From sequence record OM386662.1: a stretch of 64,000 nucleotides of DNA; one strand, written 5' to 3'. Both the position numbers and the translations under genes were made by a program. This DNA is from Escherichia phage vB_EcoM_ESCO47. Position 1 is the stretch's first letter. Each line of letters opens with the position of its first letter. Shown in pieces: positions 1 through 8,486 of this stretch. The notes below the pieces were generated by a model, which was not told where the DNA came from, made no database searches, and was given only the letters and a program-made list of their open reading frames with translations.

Positions 1-1
1 T

Positions 2-364
2 AATCTTTGTTTTGATGTCGATGATTGCATCACGGAATGGAATAACACTCGTGATTACGTGAACTTCAAGCCAGACAGCGAAATGGTGTCTGCTATTAAT
101 GCCTTGTATGATGCAGGGCATACCATAACGCTTTACACTGCTCGCGGTATGAAGTCGGTAGGTCCTGGTCGTATAGCAATTGACATTCTCCCAAGTCTGA
201 TTCAGAACTTGGAAAACATTGGTTTGAAGTACCATAATTTGCTAACACATAAACCAGTATATGATTGGATTATCGACGACAAAGCTATGCGTCCTGACGA
301 ATTCAAAGCTCTTATGAATAAAGGCGAATTCGAAACATTTAAATCATATAAACCTAATCTATAA
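2..364 (+). CDS. HAD-superfamily phosphatase, small IIIA-like type; 5' end lies outside the window
   Basis: Frame is open from the window edge; FDVDDC nucleophile motif near the visible N-terminus and a later WIIDDK motif; the listed ORF start at 59 is an internal GTG. Confidence 0.6.
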   Translation, partial: NLCFDVDDCITEWNNTRDYVNFKPDSEMVSAINALYDAGHTITLYTARGMKSVGPGRIAIDILPSLIQNLENIGLKYHNLLTHKPVYDWIIDDKAMRPDEFKALMNKGEFETFKSYKPNL

Positions 365-421
365 TAATTTAAGTAAGACCTGCAAAAACCATCGCGTCAA
401 TTAACGTGAGATGCAAAAAAA

Positions 422-1582
422 ATGAATACTTTTAAAATCGGAACGAATTTTGATTTAGCTCTTCTTGATAAAATCGTAGAGCTCAATAAAACTTATCCTA
501 ATAGCTTAATAAACGAAGTATACGGCTCTACAAGAGAAATGGCTTTTGTAGCAGCCAGACCTGATTTTAGGCTTCCTGACGTTGACAAAAAGATGTTAGA
601 AGATTACGTTAAACGTTGTAACGAATTAGGTATTTGCTTTAACTATACACTCAACACGATAAATCCTGGTTCAAAAAGAGAACTAGTTGAGTGGAAGAAG
701 AAAGCTATTCAGGATTATGTTCAGTATCTTTGGTCAATAGGCGTATGGCGTATTACTATCGCTAACCCTGTTGTTATGGAAATTGTTCGTGAAGTCAATA
801 AAGACATTGAGATTGAAGTTTCAACAATTCTACATGTCGATGCTGTAACTCAAATCAAATACTTGCATGACCAATATAATATTAAAAAGGTCTGTTGCGG
901 AATTCATAAGAACCGTTCAGTTTCTTTCCTGAAGCGTGCAGCAGAGTTTTGCAATAAGAACAATATAATATTTGAAGTTCTTGTAAATGAGTTCTGTTCT
1001 AATGCTGGTAAAGGGTATACAACACATTGTAGTTATCGTGACTCTTGCTATATTTTCCATAGTACTGATGTTACAGTTGATGATGCTAAATCCTTAAACG
1101 GATATCCAATGCAACACTGCATTAAAGCTCGTGATACAGACCCATTTAACTGGTTGAGAACTCGTTTTGTTCGTCCTCAAGATTTGAAACTTTATAATGA
1201 TATTGGTATCACTCAATTCAAAGTTTCAGGACGTACAGGTAGCACAGACTACATTTTGAAAGTTCTTGAAGCATACGCTTCTGAAAAGTTTGAAGGTAAT
1301 TTGTTAGAACTGTGGAAGCCTTTAGAGACTATTTTCACTCTTGAAAATGAAACTGAGTTTTCACATACAGTAAATATTGAAACCTCTTTGTTAGATGGCT
1401 TTTTAGAAAAAAGGTGGTTCAGACATCCAGATTTCGATTGTGCTAATGAAATCTGCGGGACGACGTGTACATATTGTGAAAGATATTATAAACGTCAATT
1501 ATCTAAAAACGGGTTATCAGAAAATTCTATATCTATTATTGATATAACTAACTCTGATGACGCTTTGAGGTACCCGGAATGA
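422..1582 (+). CDS. U32-family-like TIM-barrel protein with Cys-rich C-terminus (putative Fe-S enzyme)
   Basis: 386 aa; NYTLNTIN, VSTILH and FEVLVNEFC...HCSYRDSC segments resemble the peptidase-U32 core; C-terminal CANEICGTTCTYC (CX4CX3CX2C). Confidence 0.45.
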   Translation: MNTFKIGTNFDLALLDKIVELNKTYPNSLINEVYGSTREMAFVAARPDFRLPDVDKKMLEDYVKRCNELGICFNYTLNTINPGSKRELVEWKKKAIQDYVQYLWSIGVWRITIANPVVMEIVREVNKDIEIEVSTILHVDAVTQIKYLHDQYNIKKVCCGIHKNRSVSFLKRAAEFCNKNNIIFEVLVNEFCSNAGKGYTTHCSYRDSCYIFHSTDVTVDDAKSLNGYPMQHCIKARDTDPFNWLRTRFVRPQDLKLYNDIGITQFKVSGRTGSTDYILKVLEAYASEKFEGNLLELWKPLETIFTLENETEFSHTVNIETSLLDGFLEKRWFRHPDFDCANEICGTTCTYCERYYKRQLSKNGLSENSISIIDITNSDDALRYPE

Positions 1583-1818
1583 TTTCTAGAAAAACTTTTA
1601 ACCACCAACTTAATGAAGAGATTTTGACTATGAAAATTAACAGCATCGAACAAATTCTTAAAAAGGCCCTTATGGGCCTGTTTGAAACTAAAGCGGCTAA
1701 AGTGATTAAAGAACCTGTTCAACTAGAATATTACGCTGATGCATTTCTTCATAGTGTTCTTGGAAGTATCGATGCTGAAGCTTTACGTTATATCAACATC
1801 GCTAAGAAATTCAAATAA
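1579..1818 (+). CDS. hypothetical protein (79 aa)
   Basis: ATGA stop/start overlap with upstream gene; no motif recognised. Confidence 0.4.
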   Translation: MISRKTFNHQLNEEILTMKINSIEQILKKALMGLFETKAAKVIKEPVQLEYYADAFLHSVLGSIDAEALRYINIAKKFK

Positions 1819-1860
1819 GCTTTATGAATTGAGTATATAATAAATTGTATTGAGGTAAAC

Positions 1861-2577
1861 ATGGGAAAACATAACACAATGAAATATATCAAAGCCGCAG
1901 ATTTTCAAGCCGCATTTAAAGCAGTCAATCGTGAAATTTTAGAAAACCCGGAATTCGTAACTGATTCTCGTATTGGTCGTTGTAATGAAATTGGGTCTAT
2001 GACAGTAGTTGTTGACACTCCATCATCATTCAAAATGACCGACCCACGTATTAACCGCATCTCTTATGAATATGCCGAAGACTTCTGGAAATTTATGATT
2101 TCTGGTGGTACTGATGCAGAAGAAGCATTTAAGGCATATCCTAACGTTGCTAAATTTATTTCTAAACCAAAATCAGATGCTTTGCCTGCGAACTTCAACA
2201 CTTTCTATGGTCCTCGCATTGCGGCCCAATTACCAACTCTTCTAAAAGAACTTAAAGAGAAGCCTAACTCTCGAAGAGTTGTGTTCCAAATTCTAGAAAG
2301 TTCTGATCAGGCTTTGCTTGATTCGGACGAAACACTTGAATATCCATGTACTGACTCGGTGACTTATTATATTCGCGATGGTAAGCTTTATACCCACTGT
2401 CATATGCGTTCTCAGAACTGTGCTGTTGTTATGCAGTTGGATTTTTATCTCCAAGGAAAATTACTTCATTATATCGCTAACGAATGTGGTGTAGAAGTTG
2501 GTGATTATACTCATACCATGGTAAGTGCCCATGTGTTTGAACGTGATTTTGATTATGTTAAAGGATTCCTTGACTAA
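1861..2577 (+). CDS. 42: deoxycytidylate hydroxymethylase-like enzyme (thymidylate synthase fold)
   Basis: NSRR, YPCTDSVTYYIRDGKL (Cys nucleophile) and RSQN motifs align with the TS family; Asp at the position of TS Asn177; sits where T4 has gene 42, upstream of uvsX. Confidence 0.75.
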   Translation: MGKHNTMKYIKAADFQAAFKAVNREILENPEFVTDSRIGRCNEIGSMTVVVDTPSSFKMTDPRINRISYEYAEDFWKFMISGGTDAEEAFKAYPNVAKFISKPKSDALPANFNTFYGPRIAAQLPTLLKELKEKPNSRRVVFQILESSDQALLDSDETLEYPCTDSVTYYIRDGKLYTHCHMRSQNCAVVMQLDFYLQGKLLHYIANECGVEVGDYTHTMVSAHVFERDFDYVKGFLD

Positions 2578-3476
2578 TGGCTATTTTCCGCGTACCTATC
2601 TTGAGTATGCGGTCTTATGAAACCGGACAGTATGCTATCCTTAAGGATGGCAACTTCCAACTTCATTTGCACCGTGCTAATCCAGGTGATGTGATTACAT
2701 ATCCACGTAATGCATCTGATATTAAAGAATGTGAACGTCTTTTCCCAGAATTTAAGTTTGTTCCATTATGGTATAAAGATAACGCGTATAACACTCGTAA
2801 ATATTTCTGGTCTGAAAATGAATTTGTGGTTGATTCATTAATTGCTTATTATGATTGTGATTTTCTAATCACAGATATCACTGGATATGATGGTGTTTTT
2901 GATGTAGAATTCAATTTCAATATCACTGCAGACCCTAATAAACCACGTTTTTATATTGACGAATTCTTAAAAACCGATATGTTGTCGGTTAATCGTTCAC
3001 TTCAAACTACTGTGTTGAATGAACGTCAAAAAGAAGTGCTGGTTAACGCAGGTGCAGATGGTAATAAGATTATCGTAACGCAGAAAGTTATACGTCCTTC
3101 CATCATGCAGCGTCTTGTAGGTGATTTGGCTCCTATTCATCTAGATGGTATTTTTCATCCATTTCGAATTAGTGACCCGTGCTATCGTTTTGAACAAGTG
3201 GTTGAATGTGCAATTCAATTAGGCCAACCACTTTATATAACCGATCCAAATAATAGCTTCGACAGAAATAAGTATCCTGAAGAAGCGCTGATTCGAATTT
3301 TTAAACCAACTAAAACTGAGTACTATCAAATTCTTAAAGGACGTCCGAAGATTCAATATTTCGAAAATCCTGAAGAAGTATTCCATCCAGGTCTTGGTGA
3401 GTTCATCTACTTTAACGCTTTAATTTCTTCGCCGTATAATATACCTAAATATGAAGATGTCGTAATCGAGGAATAA
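2577..3476 (+). CDS. hypothetical protein (299 aa) in the slot T4 uses for beta-glucosyltransferase
   Basis: TAATG stop/start overlap with gene 42; no resemblance to T4 Bgt as I recall it; no motif recognised. Confidence 0.55.
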   Translation: MAIFRVPILSMRSYETGQYAILKDGNFQLHLHRANPGDVITYPRNASDIKECERLFPEFKFVPLWYKDNAYNTRKYFWSENEFVVDSLIAYYDCDFLITDITGYDGVFDVEFNFNITADPNKPRFYIDEFLKTDMLSVNRSLQTTVLNERQKEVLVNAGADGNKIIVTQKVIRPSIMQRLVGDLAPIHLDGIFHPFRISDPCYRFEQVVECAIQLGQPLYITDPNNSFDRNKYPEEALIRIFKPTKTEYYQILKGRPKIQYFENPEEVFHPGLGEFIYFNALISSPYNIPKYEDVVIEE

Positions 3477-3477
3477 A

Positions 3478-4026
3478 ATGGCTAAAATTATTTTAGTAGA
3501 TGGCCCAGATAATGCTGGTAAAACAACTTTCATTAATGACATAATGGAAATTAGTGAAAGATATGTAAAGATTGATTTCCCTAAACGAACTGTAGATGGA
3601 CGCTTTGATGTTAAGTCTCGAAATGAAGTAGGCTGTTTCGAAACAATGCTAAATTATTTAGACCCTACTAAGATTTATCTGTTAGACCGTGGATATATTA
3701 GTAACTGGGTTTACGGACGTATTCGACAAGATGCGGACTCGGTTCTTGACGTTTATGAACAGGATTATGTTCGTCTTTGCCAAAACCATGATGTGTTCAC
3801 AATTATTTTAACACGTAACGAAATGACTGAAAGTTTTGAAGACGACCTTATCACGTTGTCTGCTCATGGCTTTAATTTTGTTATCTCACTTTTTGAAGAG
3901 TTTGCTGCTCATAATGGAATACAATCTTATCAGTTATTAAACCATGATGGTGCTAACAAAGTTATAGGATTTAATGTAAGTGAACGCAATGCATTGATTG
4001 CAGAAATTATCAAATGGGCTCGTTAA
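3478..4026 (+). CDS. P-loop nucleotide/nucleoside kinase (thymidylate-kinase / deoxynucleoside-kinase-like)
   Basis: Walker A ILVDGPDNAGKTT at N-terminus; LLDRGYIS (DR motif) as in Tmk/dNK kinases; 182 aa. Confidence 0.6.
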   Translation: MAKIILVDGPDNAGKTTFINDIMEISERYVKIDFPKRTVDGRFDVKSRNEVGCFETMLNYLDPTKIYLLDRGYISNWVYGRIRQDADSVLDVYEQDYVRLCQNHDVFTIILTRNEMTESFEDDLITLSAHGFNFVISLFEEFAAHNGIQSYQLLNHDGANKVIGFNVSERNALIAEIIKWAR

Positions 4027-4047
4027 GAGCCTATTTAAAGTTTAAAA

Positions 4048-4072
4048 TGCTGTATAACCTGTAGTATATAAT
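4048..4072 (+). promoter_or_regulatory. candidate MotA-dependent middle promoter upstream of uvsX
   Basis: MotA-box-like TGCTGTA 4048-4054, 12 bp, then -10 TATAAT 4067-4072. Confidence 0.35.
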
Positions 4073-4126
4073 CATCCTATCTTTTAAACGTGAGTAAAAT
4101 ATAATGACGCCTATGGAAAAAATACA

Positions 4127-5299
4127 ATGTCTGATTTAAAATCTCGTCTGATTAAAGCTTCTACTTCCAAAATGACCGCTGACTTGACTAAGTCTAAGCT
4201 CTTTAATAATCGTGATGAAGTCCCTACTCGTATTCCTATGTTGAATATTGCATTAGGTGGTGCATTGAATGCTGGTTTGCAGTCTGGTTTGACTATTTTT
4301 GCTGCCCCGTCTAAACACTTTAAAACATTGTTTGGGTTGACAATGGTTGCCGCATATATGAAGAAATACCCAGATGCGATCTGTTTGTTCTATGATTCAG
4401 AATTTGGTGCTTCAGAATCTTATTTCCGTTCAATGGGTGTTGATTTGGACCGCGTAGTTCACACTCCAATCCAATCAGTAGAACAACTTAAAGTTGATAT
4501 GACTAATCAGCTTGATGCAATCGAACGCGGTGAAAAGGTTATCATCTTTATTGACTCAATCGGTAACACAGCGTCTAAGAAAGAAACTGAAGATGCATTG
4601 AACGAAAAAGTTGTTGGTGATATGTCTCGTGCTAAGGCACTTAAATCTCTGTTCCGCATTGTGACCCCGTATCTGACTATTAAAGATATTCCGTGTGTTG
4701 CAATTAACCATACAGCAATGGAAATCGGCGGATTGTATCCTAAAGAGATTATGGGCGGCGGTACAGGTATTCTTTATTCTGCCAACACGGTATTTTTTAT
4801 CTCTAAACGTCAGGTTAAAGAAGGTACAGAATTGGCCGGTTATGACTTCACGTTGAAAGCAGAAAAATCTCGCACAGTTAAAGAGAAATCTACATTCCCG
4901 ATCACTGTTAATTTTGATGGTGGTATCGACCCATTCAGTGGCTTGTTAGAAATGGCAACTGAAATTGGTTTTGTAGTTAAGCCTAAAGCAGGTTGGTATG
5001 CTCGTGAATTCCTTGACGAAGAAACCGGTGAAATGGTTCGTGAAGAAAAATCCTGGCGAGCTAAAGCCACAGATTGCGTAGAATTCTGGGGACCTTTGTT
5101 TAAACACAAACCTTTCCGAGATGCAATTGAAACTAAATATAAACTAGGTGCTATCTCTTCTATTAAAGAAGTTGACGACGCAGTTAACGAATTAATCAAT
5201 GCTAAAACGTCTTCGAAAATTCCGGTAAAAGCTTCTGGTGCTCCATCTGCAGCTGATATCGAAAATGATTTAGACGATATGGAAGATTTTGATGAATAA
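4127..5299 (+). CDS. uvsX: UvsX recombinase (RecA-like)
   Basis: 390 aa; N-terminus MSDLKSRLIKASTSK and long stretches matching T4 UvsX as I recall it; RecA-type ATPase core. Confidence 0.96.
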   Translation: MSDLKSRLIKASTSKMTADLTKSKLFNNRDEVPTRIPMLNIALGGALNAGLQSGLTIFAAPSKHFKTLFGLTMVAAYMKKYPDAICLFYDSEFGASESYFRSMGVDLDRVVHTPIQSVEQLKVDMTNQLDAIERGEKVIIFIDSIGNTASKKETEDALNEKVVGDMSRAKALKSLFRIVTPYLTIKDIPCVAINHTAMEIGGLYPKEIMGGGTGILYSANTVFFISKRQVKEGTELAGYDFTLKAEKSRTVKEKSTFPITVNFDGGIDPFSGLLEMATEIGFVVKPKAGWYAREFLDEETGEMVREEKSWRAKATDCVEFWGPLFKHKPFRDAIETKYKLGAISSIKEVDDAVNELINAKTSSKIPVKASGAPSAADIENDLDDMEDFDE

Positions 5300-5633
5300 T
5301 CTTGATGATTTGAATCTAGAAATCGTTGATGAATCCCCTTCTTCGGAAGGGGAGGACATTCGCAAAGAACGTGTGTTTAATGAATCTCTTAAAGTTATCC
5401 AATCGGCAATGGAGAACGTCATTCAAGAGATTCTTATTACACTTGAAGATGGTTCTCATCATATAGTCTATATTACAAAATTAGACTGGGTTGATGGAAA
5501 AATCGTAATGGACTTTGCAGTTCTTGATCAGGACAGAAAAGCAGAACTTGTGCCGCATGTTGAAAAGTGTGTTACAATGCAAGTACAACAAGCTTTTAAT
5601 GAACGAACCAAGAAAAAATTTAAATTCTTTTAA
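5289..5633 (+). CDS. 40: gp40-like head vertex assembly protein
   Basis: 114 aa; overlaps uvsX stop and immediately precedes gene 41 as in the T4 uvsX-40-41 operon; assigned by synteny. Confidence 0.6.
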   Translation: MMNNLDDLNLEIVDESPSSEGEDIRKERVFNESLKVIQSAMENVIQEILITLEDGSHHIVYITKLDWVDGKIVMDFAVLDQDRKAELVPHVEKCVTMQVQQAFNERTKKKFKFF

Positions 5634-5642
5634 GGAGTTATC

Positions 5643-7085
5643 GTGGTAGAAATTATTTTGTCTCATCTTGTATATGACCAGACTTATTTTTCTAAAGTCT
5701 GGCCGTATATGGATTCTGAGTATTTTGAGCGTGGACCGGCAAAAAATGTCTTTAAAATTATAAAGAACCACGTTAACGAATACAGTGCTATGCCATCTAT
5801 TAACGCATTAAAGGTGGCTTTAGATAATAGTTCTTTAACCGAAAACGAGTATAAAGGAACTTCCGATTTAATCGATAAATTGGTCGATTCTCCTGAAGAC
5901 CCTGATTGGTTGGTTAAAGAAACCGAGAAATATGTCCAGCAAAAAGCAATGTATAATGCTACGTCTAAAATCATTGAGATTCAGACTAATGCTGAACTTC
6001 CACCTGAACAACGTAATAAGAAAATGCCTGACGTAGGAGCTATTCCAGACATTATGCGTCAAGCACTTTCAATCTCATTTGATAGTTATGTCGGTCATGA
6101 CTGGATGGATGACTATGAAGCTCGTTGGTTATCTTATCAGAATAAAGCACGTAAGGTCCCGTTCAAATTAAACATTTTGAATAAAATCACTAAAGGTGGT
6201 GCTGAAACCGGTACACTGAATGTTTTAATGGCTGGTGTTAACGTCGGTAAATCTTTAGGCCTTTGTTCACTTGCTGCAGATTATCTTCAAACAGGTCATA
6301 ATGTTCTTTATATTTCCATGGAAATGGCTGAAGAAGTTTGTGCTAAGCGTATAGATGCAAACATGCTTGACGTATCACTTGATGATATCGATGATGGTAA
6401 TGTATCTTATGCTGAATATAAAGCCAAGATGGAAAAATGGCGTTCAAAATCCACATTAGGACGTTTAGTAGTTAAACAGTATCCTACCGGCGGAGCTAAT
6501 GCTAATACATTCCGTGCATTACTTAACGAATTAAAACTCAAGAAGAACTTCGTTCCTTCTGTAATCATGATTGACTACTTGGGTATTTGTGGGTCTTGTC
6601 GTATCAGAGTTTACACTGAAAATAGCTACACATTAGTTAAAGCTATCGCAGAAGAACTTCGTGCTTTAGCGGTAGAATCTGAAACTGTTCTATGGACTGC
6701 AGCTCAGGTTGGTCGAGCAGCATGGGACGCTTCTGATATGAACATGAGTGATATCGCAGAATCAGCAGGTTTACCGGCGACAGCAGACTTCATGTTAGCA
6801 GTAATTGAGACCGAAGAACTTGCTCAAGCAGAACAGCAGCTCATTAAACAAATCAAATCACGGTATGGTGATAAGAACAAATGGAATAAATTCCTGATGG
6901 GTGTACGTAAAGGCAATCAGAAGTGGGTTGAAATTGAACAAGAAGGTATGAACACCACAAACACGGTAAATGAAAACGCAGGTGCTCAGATGCGTCACGC
7001 GGAAGCGAATCGTACGGAACGCGTAGGAAAAGCTAAAGCGACTAGAGCAGATTTAGACAATCTAGCCAATGAATTAAAATTTTAA
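5643..7085 (+). CDS. 41: replicative DNA helicase gp41 (DnaB-like)
   Basis: 480 aa; Walker A GVNVGKS; DnaB-family architecture; synteny with uvsX/40/61. Confidence 0.95.
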   Translation: MVEIILSHLVYDQTYFSKVWPYMDSEYFERGPAKNVFKIIKNHVNEYSAMPSINALKVALDNSSLTENEYKGTSDLIDKLVDSPEDPDWLVKETEKYVQQKAMYNATSKIIEIQTNAELPPEQRNKKMPDVGAIPDIMRQALSISFDSYVGHDWMDDYEARWLSYQNKARKVPFKLNILNKITKGGAETGTLNVLMAGVNVGKSLGLCSLAADYLQTGHNVLYISMEMAEEVCAKRIDANMLDVSLDDIDDGNVSYAEYKAKMEKWRSKSTLGRLVVKQYPTGGANANTFRALLNELKLKKNFVPSVIMIDYLGICGSCRIRVYTENSYTLVKAIAEELRALAVESETVLWTAAQVGRAAWDASDMNMSDIAESAGLPATADFMLAVIETEELAQAEQQLIKQIKSRYGDKNKWNKFLMGVRKGNQKWVEIEQEGMNTTNTVNENAGAQMRHAEANRTERVGKAKATRADLDNLANELKF

Positions 7086-7091
7086 TAAAAA

Positions 7092-7110
7092 GGAGACTTC
7101 GGTCTCCTTT
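7092..7110 (+). terminator. terminator-like hairpin after gene 41
   Basis: GGAGAC-TTCG-GTCTCC then TTT; short T tract. Confidence 0.4.
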
Positions 7111-7114
7111 CGGG

Positions 7115-7144
7115 GTTTACACCGCTCTTAAATCATGTTACTAT
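7115..7144 (+). promoter_or_regulatory. early promoter-like element
   Basis: -35 GTTTAC 7115-7120, 18-bp spacer, -10 TACTAT 7139-7144, then conserved AGACCTATCAA; ATG at 7171. Confidence 0.5.
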
Positions 7145-7170
7145 AGACCTATCAACTACTGGAGAACAAA

Positions 7171-7488
7171 ATGAAAACTATCGATTGCAAAGCAGAGTTT
7201 AAAGTTTTTTACCATGGCTCAAGCAGTGCAGCAAACATCGAAAACATGCTTTGTCCTCCTGAAGAAACAGGTGTACTGTCTGAAACCGGACGTAAGAAAA
7301 ACCTAAATCGAGTATTCTTTACTGAAGACATTGGTTTAGCAAAGATTTATGCAGGACGAGCAGCACGATCCTATGGAGGTGAACCACGTCTTTATCGAGT
7401 AATCACTCCGGTAGACGTAGTTCAAATGAATGATACTAAAGGTGCTACGGTATATCACGCCGAATGGGCCTTCTGTGAGGAAATATGA
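7171..7488 (+). CDS. hypothetical protein (105 aa)
   Basis: Preceded by an early promoter element; contains FYHGSS motif; function not recognised. Confidence 0.5.
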   Translation: MKTIDCKAEFKVFYHGSSSAANIENMLCPPEETGVLSETGRKKNLNRVFFTEDIGLAKIYAGRAARSYGGEPRLYRVITPVDVVQMNDTKGATVYHAEWAFCEEI

Positions 7489-7673
7489 GCAAATTAACTA
7501 AAGTTACTTTTATCGGTTGGTTTAAAAGCGGTGAGATGTTCACTAAAGATATCATGTTATCAGGTGATCGCGAAGAAATCGAGTGGGTTACGGTACAACT
7601 TGCTGAAGTGAACAACGCATTAGTTAAAGCATTTGTTAATGACGAGAAAGTTTTCGAAGCAGATTTTCGATAA
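7485..7673 (+). CDS. hypothetical protein (62 aa)
   Basis: Stop/start overlap with upstream ORF; no motif recognised. Confidence 0.4.
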   Translation: MSKLTKVTFIGWFKSGEMFTKDIMLSGDREEIEWVTVQLAEVNNALVKAFVNDEKVFEADFR

Positions 7674-7686
7674 TTTTAAAATAACT

Positions 7687-7716
7687 GTTTACAGGCCCCA
7701 CATACTGTGTTACTAT
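7687..7716 (+). promoter_or_regulatory. early promoter-like element
   Basis: -35 GTTTAC 7687-7692, -10 TACTAT 7711-7716, CTATCAA downstream; ATG at 7745. Confidence 0.5.
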
Positions 7717-7744
7717 CTTTCTATCAACTACAGAGGAAATTGAA

Positions 7745-8113
7745 ATGAAAAAATTAATCGCTTTAGCAATGGTATTTGGATTAACCGGATGTGGTGCCCA
7801 TGGCTTTATCCCTAATAACGTCGGCCAATTGATTTACAATCCGAATGTTAAACAGTATGACCAACCTAAAGTTGAAGTGGAAGACCCAGTTACTGTAGGT
7901 AATCGAATGATTCAAGCTGATGCTCATGCTCAACGTTATCGTGATTCTGATACTGTAGCTGTGTCAAAAGAACAGCGCGTTAAAGAACATTGCTTACAGG
8001 CTACTGAAATCGCATTCATTCGCTATGTTGAAACAACTGGTAAAGAGCCTTCCCAGAAACAAATCGCGAATAACTACGTCCAGTGTATTGAACGTTTAAA
8101 CAAATTTAATTAA
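7745..8113 (+). CDS. putative lipoprotein (122 aa)
   Basis: N-terminal signal peptide with lipobox-like LTGC; promoter element upstream. Confidence 0.55.
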   Translation: MKKLIALAMVFGLTGCGAHGFIPNNVGQLIYNPNVKQYDQPKVEVEDPVTVGNRMIQADAHAQRYRDSDTVAVSKEQRVKEHCLQATEIAFIRYVETTGKEPSQKQIANNYVQCIERLNKFN

Positions 8114-8116
8114 TTG

Positions 8117-8146
8117 GTTTACGCCAAAGTTAAAACAAGATACTAT
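8117..8146 (+). promoter_or_regulatory. early promoter-like element
   Basis: -35 GTTTAC 8117-8122, -10 TACTAT 8141-8146; ATG at 8175. Confidence 0.5.
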
Positions 8147-8174
8147 AAACATAACAAATCAAGAGGAAATTAAC

Positions 8175-8423
8175 ATGGAATTATTCGTAGCTAGTTCAGT
8201 AGCAGTTTTAATCGCAGGTATTGGTTCAATCATCATTTACATGTTGCCTTGGGTAATCGCACTTATTCGTGGCACAAAAAGCACAACAGCAATCTTCTTT
8301 GTATCTTTACTCTTTAACTGGACGATGGTTGGTTGGATTGGAACTTTAATTTGGTCTATCGTTGCCAAAAAGAAATCGGCTCAGCAGCCTCAACAAGTAA
8401 TTATTATTCGAGAAAAAGAATAA
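8175..8423 (+). CDS. imm: superinfection-immunity (Imm-family) membrane protein
   Basis: 82 aa, two predicted TM helices; LPWVIALIRG...FNWTMVGWIGTLIW matches the conserved core of the Imm superinfection-immunity family. Confidence 0.6.
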   Translation: MELFVASSVAVLIAGIGSIIIYMLPWVIALIRGTKSTTAIFFVSLLFNWTMVGWIGTLIWSIVAKKKSAQQPQQVIIIREKE

Positions 8424-8427
8424 ACTT

Positions 8428-8462
8428 GTTTACATTATAGATGGACTATAGTATAGTAGTCC
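8428..8462 (+). promoter_or_regulatory. early promoter-like element with inverted repeat around -10
   Basis: -35 GTTTAC 8428-8433, -10 TATAGT 8452-8457 inside GGACTA...TAGTCC repeat 8443-8462; ATG at 8487. Confidence 0.5.
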
Positions 8463-8486
8463 TATCAAATCAACTAAGGAGATAAA

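Noticed and set aside
4840-5199. Minus-strand ORF of 119 aa inside uvsX
   Set aside because: Antisense to a well-supported conserved gene; composition typical of a shadow ORF
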